The translations under genes and the position numbers were made by a program. Shown here in pieces: positions 11,950 to 23,599 of a stretch of 64,000 nucleotides of DNA (position 1 is the first letter of the stretch; each line of letters starts with the position of its first letter). The notes below the pieces were generated by a model. It had not been told where the DNA came from, did not search any database, and saw nothing but the letters and a program-made list of their open reading frames with translations. This DNA is from Cyanophora paradoxa CCMP329 (taxonomy: Eukaryota; Plantae; Glaucophyta), in NCBI GenBank assembly GCA_004431415.1, contig QPMI01000520.1, positions 186,001 to 250,000 on the forward strand, read 5' to 3'.

Positions 11950-12543
11950 GCGCACCTCGTCGAGGTTCTGCTGCGCCTTCTGCAGCTGCGTGCGCGCGCG
12001 CGCGTGCGCGCACGCCGCACTGCCGCAGTGCGCCTCCCGCATGAGGTCAAGGTACCTGCTCGGGTGGTGAGTGCCACGGTAAGTGCTGAGGTGCGCTGGC
12101 CGGCTGCCCCCCGTTGGGCGCTCACGCTCAGGCTAGCTATATAGCGCTAGCGCTCGGGCCTCAACCTCAAGCGCGGGTGGGGGCGCGGGCTCGAGACGCA
12201 CGCGAAATACACAAAGCTCCATCTGTATGTGCTCGGTGATCACGTGATGACGTGGGCCGGGCCTGTCCGCGCGGGCGCGAAGCTCAAGGTCAACGAAGCT
12301 TAAGAAGCCTGCGGCGCAGCGGCCGCCGTAATCCGTCGGGGCGATGACTTCGAGGGCGTCCAGATAGCTCGTATCCCTAAGGGCGCGCCGGACGGAATCG
12401 GTCGCGACGCGGGCCGCTTGAAAGGGCGGCGCGCGGGGCGGCGCGCCGGCTCGAAAAAGGCTCGAAACCGGGCCTGCGGCGGCGGTTACTAAATCGAAAG
12501 CATTTTCCAGTTCTGTCAGTCGAAGGCATACCAATTCTCTCAA
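11950..12543 (-). pseudogene. Possible decayed or truncated gene remnant of unknown family
   Basis: A 136-aa protein-like ORF with lower GC3 than its neighbours is followed by short exon-like pieces (YLDLMRE, LQKAQQNLDE) with G(T/C)GC..CAG borders. These run into palindrome-rich DNA without a clear terminal exon. Confidence 0.3.
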
Positions 12544-12764
12544 AGGCTCGAAAGCAAGTTAGTCGACGCGCATCGCCACAGACTGAATGCTGAAGCTGAC
12601 GCACGCTGGCAGCAGCCAGGCGGCAGCCGAGTAGCTGAGCAGTCAGAGCAGGCTGAGCAGGCTGACAGCAAGGCTGAGCAAGCAGGCAGGTGGGTAGTGG
12701 ATATCGGGCGACGGGTAGAGAGGCAAGCTGACGACGGGGCCGAGGCAGCAGGTCCGCTGTCAGG

Positions 12765-15700
12765 ATGGCGGATCTGGAAGACTGGAAGACCGTCCGCTCG
12801 GAGGACACGAAGCGAGAGCCGCCGGCGACACCGAGCAAGCGAAGAGAGCGGAGCCACCCCGAGGCGCGGATTCGCTTTTGTATCGAGTACAAGACGCACA
12901 TTGGACAGGTTTGCATCCGACTACGACCGCGCCAGCCGGCTGGCTCACCCGGACGCCGCCGTGCGCAGTCCGTACGCGTGGTCGGAAGCGATCCGAAGCT
13001 CGGCAACTGGGTGCGACCTTGCATCCACATTTGCGTCTGGGAATACCGCATTAACAGCCCGGCCGGGGCAGAAACTCGAGAACGGGCTGCGGTTGCAGTG
13101 GAAGGCCGGCGTGTGGGCCGCAGAGGCTCTGCTATCGCCCGGCGAATATGAATATCCTTTTGACCGCCTGAAGCGCGAGTGCTGCGCTCCGGCGCACCGC
13201 GTGGCCCGCCGCGGCGCCTTGACCGCTGGGCGGTTCCCGCGCGCACGTTCAAGTACGTCGTGGTTGAGGAGCACAACGGGCGCGTCTCGCGGCAGGAGTG
13301 GGAGGACGGCGAGAACCGCCGCCTCGTGCGCCCTCCGCCGCTCCGCCGCTCCAGCTCCCGCTCCGCGCCGAGGCGGGAGGCGCGCGCGGGGCAGGTGGTG
13401 GACGAGACGTGCCTGGACGGGGACGACGAGGAGACGGCGGCGCTGCCGCCCACGCCGGGCGCTCCGGAGCCGGCGGCGCAGGCCTCGGTGGAGGTCCCGT
13501 TCGTGATGGAGCTCCACGACCTCTGGCAGGCGCGCCCCCGCCCCCGCGCAGCGCGCCCCCGCCCGCCCCACCTGACGCGCGCGGCGGCGGCGGCGCAGAG
13601 CCCGAACGGGCAGAACGCGGTGCAGTCCGAGTCGACGACCAGCGACGTGCTCGTGGGCTGGAAGCGCGCCCCGCCGCCCGCCCGCACGCGCCGGCAGGCC
13701 CGCGGGGCCCCCTCGCTGACGGGCGGGGCGGGGCGGCAGGGCGCCGGTGGTGCGGGCGCTCTTCGCGGCGGGGGAGGGCGGGGCGGGGCGGGGCCGGGGG
13801 CCGGAGAAGCGGCGGCACGCGGTGGTCCTGTTCAAGGCGACGGCCTGGCTCAAGAAGACACACTGCCTCGCCGTCATCGGTCACCCCGCCCCCCCCGCCC
13901 CGCCCGCCCCGGCCCCCCGCCGGCCCCCACGCTGGCCCGCCCACGCCCCGCGCAGGCAACATCCCGGCCCTCGGCAACTGGTCCTCGGAGAAGGTGCACG
14001 CCGGCGCCGCTGGCCCGCCTGCGGGCGTGACGCGCCGCCCGCCGGCTCCTGGCAGGCGGTGCGGCTGGACGACGGGGACTACCCCACCTGGTCCCTCAAC
14101 ATCGTCTCCCACGACCTCAAGTTCGGTCCGCCCCGCCCCGGCCCCGCCCCGCCCGCCCCGCCCCGCCCCGCGCCCCCGCCCGCTCGCGCGCCTGCTCGCC
14201 TGCTGCGTCGCCGAGGGCGGGGGCGCGCCGCAGAGTACAAGTACATCGTCCTCTCCACCACCGACAAGAGGCGCGCGACCTCTCTCCCACTCGCCGGCCC
14301 CGCCCCTCCCGCCCCTGCTGACGGGGCGGGGCAGCTTCGTGATGTGGGAGGACGGGCCGAACCGGGCGGTGAGCGTGGCGCCGGGCAGCGAGATGCTCGC
14401 CGTCGTCCGCAACGACGGGCCCTTCCGCGTGCGCCCGGCCCCCCTGCGCCCCCCGCCCCCTCCCCTCCCCCTCCCCCGAGCCCCGCACGCGCTCGCAGCG
14501 GCACGGGTGGGGCCCCGACTCGTTCACGGCGCCCATCGACCCGCGCGCCTTCAAGGCGAGCCGGCCGCCCGCCTCCCTCCCCGTCCTTCCCCTCACCGCG
14601 GGGCGGGGCGGGGCGCAGGAGCTGGGCCTGCGGGAGCGCCTCATGGGCGTCGCCTCCTCGGGCATCTCGCTGCCCCCCGGCGGCCGCCTCTCCCCCGCCG
14701 CCTTCGCCGCCGCCTTCGCCCCGGCCTCGGACCAGGTCGCCGCCCCGCGCGCCGCCGGCTCCCGCGCCGCCCTCCTCCGCACCCTCCAGCTCAACATCCT
14801 CGAGAACGGTGCGCCCCGCGCGCCCCCTCGCCCCCACCGCCCCGGCAGGCGCTGACGGGGGGCAGGCGAGCTGCGGCGGCGGCTGCGCATCGTGGAGGAG
14901 CAGAACCGGCGCCTGGTCGAGCTCATGGAGCGGCGCAGCCAGGAGACCCTCGACGCCTTCGCCGTGCCCCCCGCCCCCGCCCCCCCGCCCCCACTGCACT
15001 CGTCTCACGCGCGGCGGCAGGCCAAGGGCGCGGGCCTCCCCGCCCCGGAGGCCAGGCCGGCGCTCCCCGCCCCGCCTCCGGCCCCGGCGGGGCCCCGGCG
15101 GGGCCCGGCGGGGGCGCCGGGGACGCCCTCGGGGCGTGGAAGCAGGGCCCGCCGGGGACGCCCTCCACCCCGCAGGAGAGCAGGGCGGCGGACAAGGGCG
15201 CCGGCCCCGGGGCCCCCGCGCCGGCCGCCGCCACGCCGGCGACCCCGCCGGCCCGCACGGCACGGCGCTGGAGGCGGCGGGGTGGTGGAGCAGGGGCGCG
15301 TGCGGCAGGCGGTGGCGGCGCTCTCGGCGCGGGCGCCGATGCAGCCGCTGTGGCCGCGGAGCCCGTGCTCGCCCAGCACGGCCCCCGGGCCGTCTCGCCG
15401 GCCAGCCACCACCAGGCCTCGCCCCTCCCCTCCTCCGCCTCCAAGGACCCAAGGCCGCCCCGCCCCCCCGCCGACCCTCGCCGGCCCTCTCGCGCGCTGC
15501 TGCTGAGGGGCGGGCAGGGGAGCACGGGGGAGAACACGCGGTTCGGGCTGGCGGCGGCCCGGCGGGTGCTCGAGGAGGCCCGCGAGGCCCTCGCCAAGGC
15601 CGACCACAGCCCCGACCCCGCCCCCGGTGCCCCCGCCCCGCGCGCCGGCAGAGCGCCGCCTGCGGGGCTGACGCAGGGGCGGGGCGGGGCGGGCAGCGGG

Positions 15701-15974
15701 GACGGGGGTGCGCGGGGTGCAGGTGGCGGTGCGGGGGCTGGCGGGGAAGCTGGAGCGGCAGCGGGCCGCCGGGGTCCACTTCCTCAGGGACGCCTTCTCG
15801 GACGACGTCGGCGCCGTCGCGGACCTCGCCGCCGAGGCCGAGGGCCTCCTCCGCGACGCCGCCGCCGCCGAGGCCGCGCTCGCCGCCCCCGCCCACGCCC
15901 CCTCCAGCCCCGCCGCCAGCCCCCTGCCCCTCGACGCCAGCACCGGCGTCGCCCTCGGCGTCGCTACCTCTTGA
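12765..15974 (+). CDS. Tandem CBM20-CBM20 + coiled-coil protein with no catalytic domain seen
   Basis: CBM20 #1: IRFCIEYKTHIGQSVRVVGSDPKLGNWKLENGLRLQW..FKYVVV..WEDGENR..ELHDLWQ. CBM20 #2: VLFKATAW..LAVIGNIPALGNWSSEKAVRL..YPTW..EYKYIVL..WEDGPNR..NDGPFR. Then LRRRLRIVEEQNRRLVELMERR and a helical C-terminus. Confidence 0.8.
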
Positions 15975-16415
15975 CCCGCCCCCGCCCCCATCCGAGTCCT
16001 TCGAGCAAGATAGCATCGCGATCGCGCAGGGCCGGCCAGGGCCCCTAAATTTCCTCTGCAGTTCGTACGCGCTTTCGTTCGTGAATTTGATCCACGCGTA
16101 CGTACACGACCAGGAGAGATTTCTTGCGCATGCATTGTCCTGTGACAGCGCAACACGTGTATGAGCCTGAGCGCGCACGTGCACGCTTCGGACCTCACAC
16201 GACTCAATTTGCCAATCCTGGTACCCAGCCTGGCAGACAAAAACAGCAACGTTCCAAACCAGCCGCGCAGCGAATTCGCTGCTGCAAGAACGTCAAAGTG
16301 CGCACAGTCGTTGCTGGCTGGCGTTCCTGTGATCGGTGCGAGCTCTCCGCCGCTGCGCGCAAGACTGGCGTCGCTCACCTTCCGTCATCAGACCGAGTTC
16401 TCGAGTTTTCTTGCG

Positions 16416-18188
16416 ATGAAGGCGGCCTTGCTTCTCTGCCTGGCCTTGCTGCCCTTCGCTTTTGCCGCTGACCTGAACCTGTTCGAGTCGACTGGTGTTG
16501 GTGCGTGCCGTGGACCGACACACGTGTTTTCGAGTCTGCTGTGTCATAGCGACCGGCAAAACGCCCCGCATATGTACCATAAAAGTCTCAATGAACGTTT
16601 TCGGAGGCCCGCGCCCGCTAGCAGTGGAGTTTGCCAGGATTTAGCGATCCTAGGCTCGACTCGGGAATTCCAGCTCGCTGGGGCCCCTAATGCCGGCGCG
16701 CGCGATGGCATTAAGGTGCATGTCTCACATCGTTTCAGATGGCGCGGTCTTCATGAACGGCGATTCCACGTTCCTGGGCGAGGGTCTGGCGGTCATCGCT
16801 GTGGGGCCGAACGCGACCTACAGCGGTTTCGCCGGGCACCTTCTGCAGGTTACCATCGGTCCGCTCACTTGTTCCTGACCCCGTCGGCCCCGCGCTCCGG
16901 TACCTTTCCGTGCTCACTCGCGCCGCAGTGCACAGTCTGCCAGACGCCGCTGCCCTGGACATCTTCACCGGCAATAACATGGCAACCCTTATTTCCAAGG
17001 GCGCCGCCGTCGTCTCCTCCGGGACTCAGTACACCGCTCCGCTCGTGAACGAGGTGCGGGGCGAGCGTTCATGCCTTTTTCTGCCCGCGCCTTCCTTCCT
17101 TTTCTTCTGCCGACGCCGCCGCGCGCCGCGCCCCGCAGAAGTACTTCTTCTCTGGCGTCTTCTTCTGGAACACGACAGCCGGCGCCGCCAGCGGCTCGCC
17201 CATCAGCTTCGCCAACGGCGCGTACTCGATCGCCTCCGGGACGACCGTGACGATCCGCGCCACCACCGGCCGCGCCAGCGCCACGATCACCGGCACCCTC
17301 GCCTTCGGCCTGACCGGCAAGAAGTACGCGGCCGCCGTCCTCGCCGGTCTTCCCGAGACTGGCTGCTCGGGCCCCGGCATGGCCTTCGCGTACCCCGTGG
17401 ACACCTCTGCCACGTCGGCGTACAAGCTGTGGCTCACCGGCGGCCCCTTCCGCCTCCGGATGACCTCCAACAAGGCGACCGTCCGCTGGGTCGGCTCCAC
17501 CCCCGTCAACAACCTCGGCTCCGCCAACGCCGCCGCTTACGACATCTCCAACACGAACTGGGGCACCGCGGCGCGCACCATCAGCGTCCTGAGCGGCGAC
17601 TTCCCGACCGTGGAGAAGCCCGAGCTGCGGGGCACCCTGGCGCAGGAGACCGTGGCCAAGGGCGGCATCCCCATCGTCGCCCCGACCTGCACGCCCACCG
17701 CCGCTGTCACCACGTACATCCGCACCGGCTCCTGCAACGCCACCCTCCTCGCCAACGTGACCGCCGCGATCACTTCCTCCACCGGCGTCGCCCCCTCGGG
17801 CGTCTTCTGCGGCCCGCCGGCGGCCACCCGCCGCGCGCGCCGCTCGGCTCTCCAGGCGCAGGCGACGGACTACCGGATCGTCTTCCCGACGGCGTCCGGC
17901 GTGCGCGCGCTCCAGACCTCGATCGCCGGCACGGCCACCCTGGATGCCATCGTCGCGGCGCTGAAGGCCGCCGGCGTTAGCGTGGACAAGGCCACCCTGC
18001 AGGTCGCCGGCGTCTCCGGCGGCTCCACGCCCACCGTCTTCCTCGCCTCGACCGGCCTCGGCGGCTCCGGCTCCGGCACGGGCGGCACCGGCACCGGCAC
18101 CGGCACGAGCGCGGCCGCCGGCGTGGCCCCGGCCTTCGCCACCCTCCTCGCTCTCGCCTTCGCCGCCCTCGCCCTCCTCCACTCCTAG
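16416..18188 (+). CDS. Secreted, probably GPI-anchored Thr/Ala/Gly-rich cell-surface protein
   Basis: Signal peptide MKAALLLCLALLPFAFA; 3 introns; (GT)n linker; hydrophobic C-terminal tail SAAAGVAPAFATLLALAFAALALLHS*; several N-x-S/T sequons. Confidence 0.8.
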
Positions 18189-18439
18189 GCGCCCCGGCCC
18201 CCGCCCCCCCGCCCCGAACCGTGCATGTCTGCGCGCCCCCGCTCCTCCCCCCCTTCCTCCGGATCCCTCTCTGCCTGCCAGCTAGTCGGCCGCCCGCGTA
18301 CCACGCCCCACGCCAGTCGTAGGCGCGTACCACGCGGTGGACGCTAGTATTACTGTCAATCTGATGAACCAGCCCAAATCTGCATTCAAAGGTAGCCAGA
18401 CGCCGAAGTAAGAGCTAAGGTAGCTGTTGGGGAGAGGGC

Positions 18440-19827
18440 CTACTCCTCGCCGGGGTCGCCGCGGGCCTGGCGGGCGAAGGCGGCGATGGCCTCGCTGCTC
18501 CCGAGGTCGATGAAGTCGCGGGGGAAGCGGGAGCTCGCCGCCAGCGACGGCACGCAGGCCGTCTGCTCCTCCACCACCCGCAGCTCCCAGCCGCCCTCGA
18601 GCTCGCCCCCCGCCTCGCCCTCCCCTTCGGGGGCCAGGGGCGGCTCGAGCCAGGAGAAGAGGAGGGGGTCGGTGACGGGCCCCAAGGGGTTCACGTCCAC
18701 CAGCCACGCCCGCCCCCCCTCGTCGATCCACGCGTCGAACGCGTCTGCCGCGCCTCAGGCGGGACGCACGGGGGCGGCGGGGGTGGGGGCGCGGACAGCG
18801 GTCGAGGGGGGCGAGGCGGGGGAGGAGGTAGTCGGCGTGGAGCTCCTCGAGCCGCGCCCGCACCTCCCCGCGCATCCCCTTCAGGAACGCGTAGTAGTTC
18901 GAGTGGTCCCGCTGGCACGCCCCTGCCAGAGCGTCGGCGCGGGAGGGAGGAGGGCGGGGCGCGGCGGGGCCGGACCGAGGATGCGGCCGGCGCGGACGAA
19001 GCAGCGGAACTCCATGGACGCGTTGAGGGGCCGCCACTGCCGCAGCGCCAGCACGAACCGCTCCGGCCGCTGCCGCGTCCGCGCGGGGCAGTCGTCGAAG
19101 CTGCCGGCGTCGGGTCGGAGGACGACGACGGGCGCGGGGCGGGGCGGGGCGGACGCCATGTCGAGGTCGTGGGCGATGAAGTCGGAGCCCTTGAGGAGGA
19201 GGAGGACGTCCTCCACCGTCTTGCACTCCAGCGTCCCGCTCGTCGCGATCCACGTCGCGTCCTGCCCCGCCCGCCCCCCTCGCACTCCCCCGGCGCGGGG
19301 ACCCGGGGGCGCGGCCGGCGCGCCTTGGGGCAGCTCCAGTTGAGCTTCGGGAGGACGGAGCCGCCGAGCTCGTCGATCGCCTCCCGGATGCGCGCCTCGA
19401 GCTCGGGGAAGCCAGGGCGGTCCGCCTCGGGGTCCTGCGCCCCGCCCCGCCCTCAGCCCGCGCGCGGCGCGGCGCGGCGCGGCGGCGCGGAGGCACGCGG
19501 ACCCCTTCGTCGCTCCAGTCGTCGTACACCGTGTCCCCTTCCTCGATCTCGCCTGCGCACGCCCGCGCTCGGCCCGGCGCCGGCGCTGGCGCGAGCCGGC
19601 GCGGACCGATCGTGGGACCCCGCCGGTCGCGCGCCGAGGAGGGAATTACGAGGCCGTCCTCGTGCAGGTACTCGACAAAATCCTCCGGCAGCTCGATGAT
19701 GCGCGTCGGGAACGTTACCCGCCTGCGGGCGCGCTTAGCTGCGGAGGACGCGGCGTCGTAAATCTGCTCACTTCAACTTCGGGAGCCACTCCTGGATCTG
19801 GCAGGCCAGCACCTCGCGCTCATCCAT
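18440..19827 (-). CDS. CDC123: Cell division cycle protein 123 (D123 family, eIF2 assembly ATP-grasp protein)
   Basis: CQIQEW..TRIIELPEDFVEYLHEDG; LGGSVLPKLNWSCPKDATWI; LLLKGSDFIAHDL; LALRQW..SMEFRCFVR; DVNP...TDPLLFSW. Confidence 0.92.
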
Positions 19828-20041
19828 GAGCGCGGGCCGAGGTCGCTGCCGCTGTCGCGTAGATTCACGAGCGAGACTACAACGTGCGATAGAGCGGGTC
19901 CGAGTGCGCTGGGACTCGCGGTTGAAGTGCACAAGCCCGGCGAGCCCGGCCGAGCCGCTCTTGGGGGTACAGCTCTGCCCATAGTGGTCGGTCCGTGATT
20001 GTCTCTCTCTGAACGAAGGGGCGCCCGGCAACAGCACCGGG

Positions 20042-21890
20042 ATGGAGAGCAGATCCGCCTTCGCGAGCGTAGGAGCGTGCCCTAGTCAGTCCGCTGTCAG
20101 CCTTGGTTGCCTTGGGTCGGTTCTCGCGGAGGACAGCGTGAGGCGGCCGGCGGAGTCTTCCAGCCGCAGGCGGCACGTAGCAAGGATCGCATGTTCGGAT
20201 AATATCGCTGGGGGAGCGCGGCGGGCGTTCCTTGGCGCGCCCGTGCGGCGGCACGCCGATGCCTCGTGGGTGGGCCGGCGGGCGGCCGACCAAGTCCTGC
20301 ACGAGCGATGCATGCGCATAATAAGATCCGAGGCGGGGCCCCCCACGGCGATGCCGCGCGCCGACAAGCATTTGCGCGGTTCGCTGGTGGGCCGATTCCC
20401 CTGTCGCGCCTGACCTTTTTTTCGTGCGCGGCAGATGCGGACGAGGTTGCGCTGTCCAACGCGGAGATTCTCAAGGCCGCCCAGGTCCGGGACCAGCTTG
20501 ATCGGGCAGTTCACGTCGCTGCTGTCGATATCGCACCCGAGCCTGCACCGGGCCACGAGCTCGAAGCAGTCAACGACGATGCGGATGTTCAGCTTAGCCC
20601 GGAGGAGGAGAAGGCGCGTGCCGAACAACACAAGACCGGTCTGATCCTAGTCAATATCATCACGGTGGGTGGACTCCCCTTGCTAGCGCCACTCTCCCCC
20701 GCCTTGCCCTGACCCCTTTTCGTTAGGCGTTGTACGCTACAAACTTTGCTATTGTGAAGGTTTGTGTGCTGCCCCCCGCGCCGTGCCCTTTTTCTTCTTT
20801 TCCGACCGCCCAATGCAGGACATGGAATCCGTGTGCCATCCGGCAATATCGAGCCTCCTCCGCTTCGGCCTAGCCTCGCTCTTCTTCCTCCCCTCCCTGC
20901 GCGGCGCGAAAAAGGAGAGCATCCTTGCCGGCGTCGAGATGGGCGGCTGGCTCGGGATGGGCATTGTCACGCAGGCGATCGCGCTCTCCACGACAGAGGC
21001 AAGCCGTAGCGCGTTTATCGCGGCGCTCACCGTCGGTGCACCCAGCCCTTCCTGCTTGATCTGAAGGGGATGCTGAACCTCGCCCTGCAGTCATCGTGCC
21101 GGTCATCGAAGCTTTCGTCCTGCGCGCGAAGATCAAGCCGAACAACTGGGCAGCCGCATTCCTTGCGGTGGGCGGAGTGGCGCTGCTCGAGTCGAGCGGC
21201 AACATTGACCCCAACATTGGGGACTTGTTCAGGTGCCGCGCCGCCCGCCGCCGAGCGCGCGAGAGCGCGCGCACTGCTCACGCGCGGCGGCAGCTTCCTG
21301 ATGGCGTTCTCGTGGGCGGTCGCGTTCATCCGGCTGGAGAAGTACTCGAAGCAGCACGACGCAATGGTGCTGACGGCCGGCCAGCTCCTCGGCGTCATTC
21401 TCACCGCCACCATCTGGCTCCTCATCGAGCGGCCGCCCCTCGACATCCCCACCCTCCCCTGGCACGAGGTCCTCTACACTGGTCCGCCCCTTCGCCTCAC
21501 GCGGCCGCCCCGGACGCGCGCCGCTGACGCGGCGCGTGCTGCAGGCGCTATCACGACGGCGCTGACGACCTTCCTGGAGACGGTCGCGCTCAAGTCCGTT
21601 AGCGCCGTCGAGACGGTCCGTCCGCGCCGGCGCCCGCGCGTCCCCCTGCTTGCCGCGCCGACGCGGGCGGGCCCCGTGGTCAGACGGTGATCTTCGCCCT
21701 GGAGCCGGTCTGGGCGGCGGGTTTCGCGTACTTCCTCCTGGGGGAGCAGCTGGAGACGCGGGGCGTGCTGGGCGGCCTCACCATCATGACCGCCTGCGCC
21801 GTCTCCCAGCTCGAGAACCCCAAGCAGCTCCTCAGCGCCCTCGTCGCCCGCGTCCGCGGCGGCCCCGCCGACGCCCCCAAGCAGGAGTAG
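20042..21890 (+). CDS. EamA/DMT-superfamily transporter with long N-terminal extension (probable plastid transit peptide)
   Basis: Spliced ALYATNFAIVK..LLRFGLA..TQAIALSTTEASRSAFIAALTVVIVP..GDLFS..VLYTGAITTALT..VIFALEPVWAAGFAYFLLGE; about 10 hydrophobic segments. Confidence 0.88.
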
Positions 21891-22712
21891 ATCTCTGGGC
21901 GGGGCGGCCCTCGCCCGGCTATAGATTTTGAGGCGCAGGCTTCCGCAGTCACCACCGCCACTTTCTTCAGTACGTAATAATAGTACTACGGTAGGCAATC
22001 TATCCATCTTCACACAATTTTTGAGAGGCAGGGTCGGCAGTTTTTCCCGCTCTTTTTCCCCTTCTGCGATCTGCTACTAGTCCTTTGGGTTTGGGCGGCA
22101 GTCAGGCTCGTAGTACCATATTATTCTCTTAGATGATGCCGGCGTGAGTGAGCCAGCTTGCAGGTAAATTCGCTCAGCGGCTGTAGATTTCGTGTAGATC
22201 TAGACTCATTCCCTGTCAGATCTCTCTGTTCAAACTGATGTCATCGTCCCTCTCGGGACTCTTCTCTGACGTGCCTCGTCATGTACTCTATTATTCTTTG
22301 TGCGATCCGATGATCGACCTGTGCTCAGCGGCTCTGATGAGGTCTGCATGTGGCCCGACCATGTGTGTGCTCCGTAATTGCACTGTACATTCAATGATTT
22401 CGGAATTCCGAAAACGATCGCGAATTCAAATGTACTGCCTGTCAGGCTGCAGGCTGGGCCTTCATAAACCGCGGCCCCTGGCCATGCCATGATGGGCCAC
22501 GAGCTAGGGAGGCGCTGCTTCCCCTAGGCCTGGGACAGCAATCGATCCAGCACTTCAGCTTCCAGGCAGCTGACTGCCAGCCAAGATTAATGCCGCCGAG
22601 CGCCGCTGCTGCCGTCGCGATTGTGCGGAGACATGCGCCGTAGGTTGCTGCTGAACGTGCGCCGGCCAAGGAGACACACACGTAGAGTTCGCCAACGGCC
22701 GACGGACCCGCT

Positions 22713-23318
22713 TCACATCCCATTCTTCAGAAGCAGACGCAGGTCGTCCACGATGGGCGCCATGCGCTCATCGGCCGCCACCGTGTCGAACATCTCCACC
22801 ATAGCCGCCGGCATCTCTGAGTAGAAGGCGAGCACCTGCGCACGGCGCCGTGTGAGGGGAGGCGACGCGGCGACGGCAACGCGCGCGGAGCACACGTTCG
22901 GTGCAGCGCTGTCCCCTAGATCGTAGCACGAGAAGATGTGGCTTGTGCCATGGATGTGTATGACGGGGCTCTGCATCTGCCCGAGAGCCTCGCCTGCCGC
23001 TCGGCGTCACCAAAGAGCACTCCAAACCGATCAAGCAGCGACGCACCGAACTGAATAGCCGCTCGCTTGAGTGAAGAGACCAGGCGCACCATCTCGTCCT
23101 TCTGGATCTCGGTAGGGCTCTGTTGGGCGCTGCGGGGGCTGAGCGGGCATCGCGGCAGCGACGGCAAGGCAAGTGGGCGCGTACAGCAGCTCGCCACGGG
23201 GATTGATGATGCAGCTGACTGTTGTTCCGGGAAAGACACGCGGGATGTCTGAGAGCTTCTCCTGAAGCATCTGCATTACCTTCGGCGACACGCCGGCGGG
23301 CCTCCTGCAACAAGCCAT
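22713..23318 (-). CDS. Small protein of about 135 aa, possible Roadblock/LAMTOR/profilin-like fold; start uncertain
   Basis: Spliced LQEKLSDIPRVFPGTTVSCIINPRGELLAQ..LVSSLKRAAIQFGEALGQMQSPVIHIHGTSHIFSCYDL..VLAFYS..IVDDLRLLL suggests an alpha-beta2-alpha-beta3-alpha pattern; three canonical introns. Confidence 0.55.
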
Positions 23319-23599
23319 CGCGGCTTGGGCGCTTGGTGCTTAGAAGCAAAGCTGGGCTGCGTCTGCGGCACGCTCGCCGAAATCTGATCGATGCCTGGAA
23401 GCTAGCTAGGCGACCCTGTTCAGCCCAGACGCTCTAGCTACGCTGAAGAAGCGGTCCGACGGACTCGGACGGAGGCTAGCGGGGTTAGCTGAGCCACATG
23501 GAAGTTTCGCAGTAGCCCCCCCTAACAGAAGCTGCTGAGAAGCAGCTGAGAAGCTCTGCGAAAATTCACAAGACGAGCGTCTACGAGTAAGCGATCGAC

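Noticed and set aside
12590-12690. GCTGAGCAG-like short repeats upstream of the tandem-CBM20 gene as a promoter element
   Set aside because: This is degenerate low-complexity sequence with only a loose echo near 23530, and no functional evidence.
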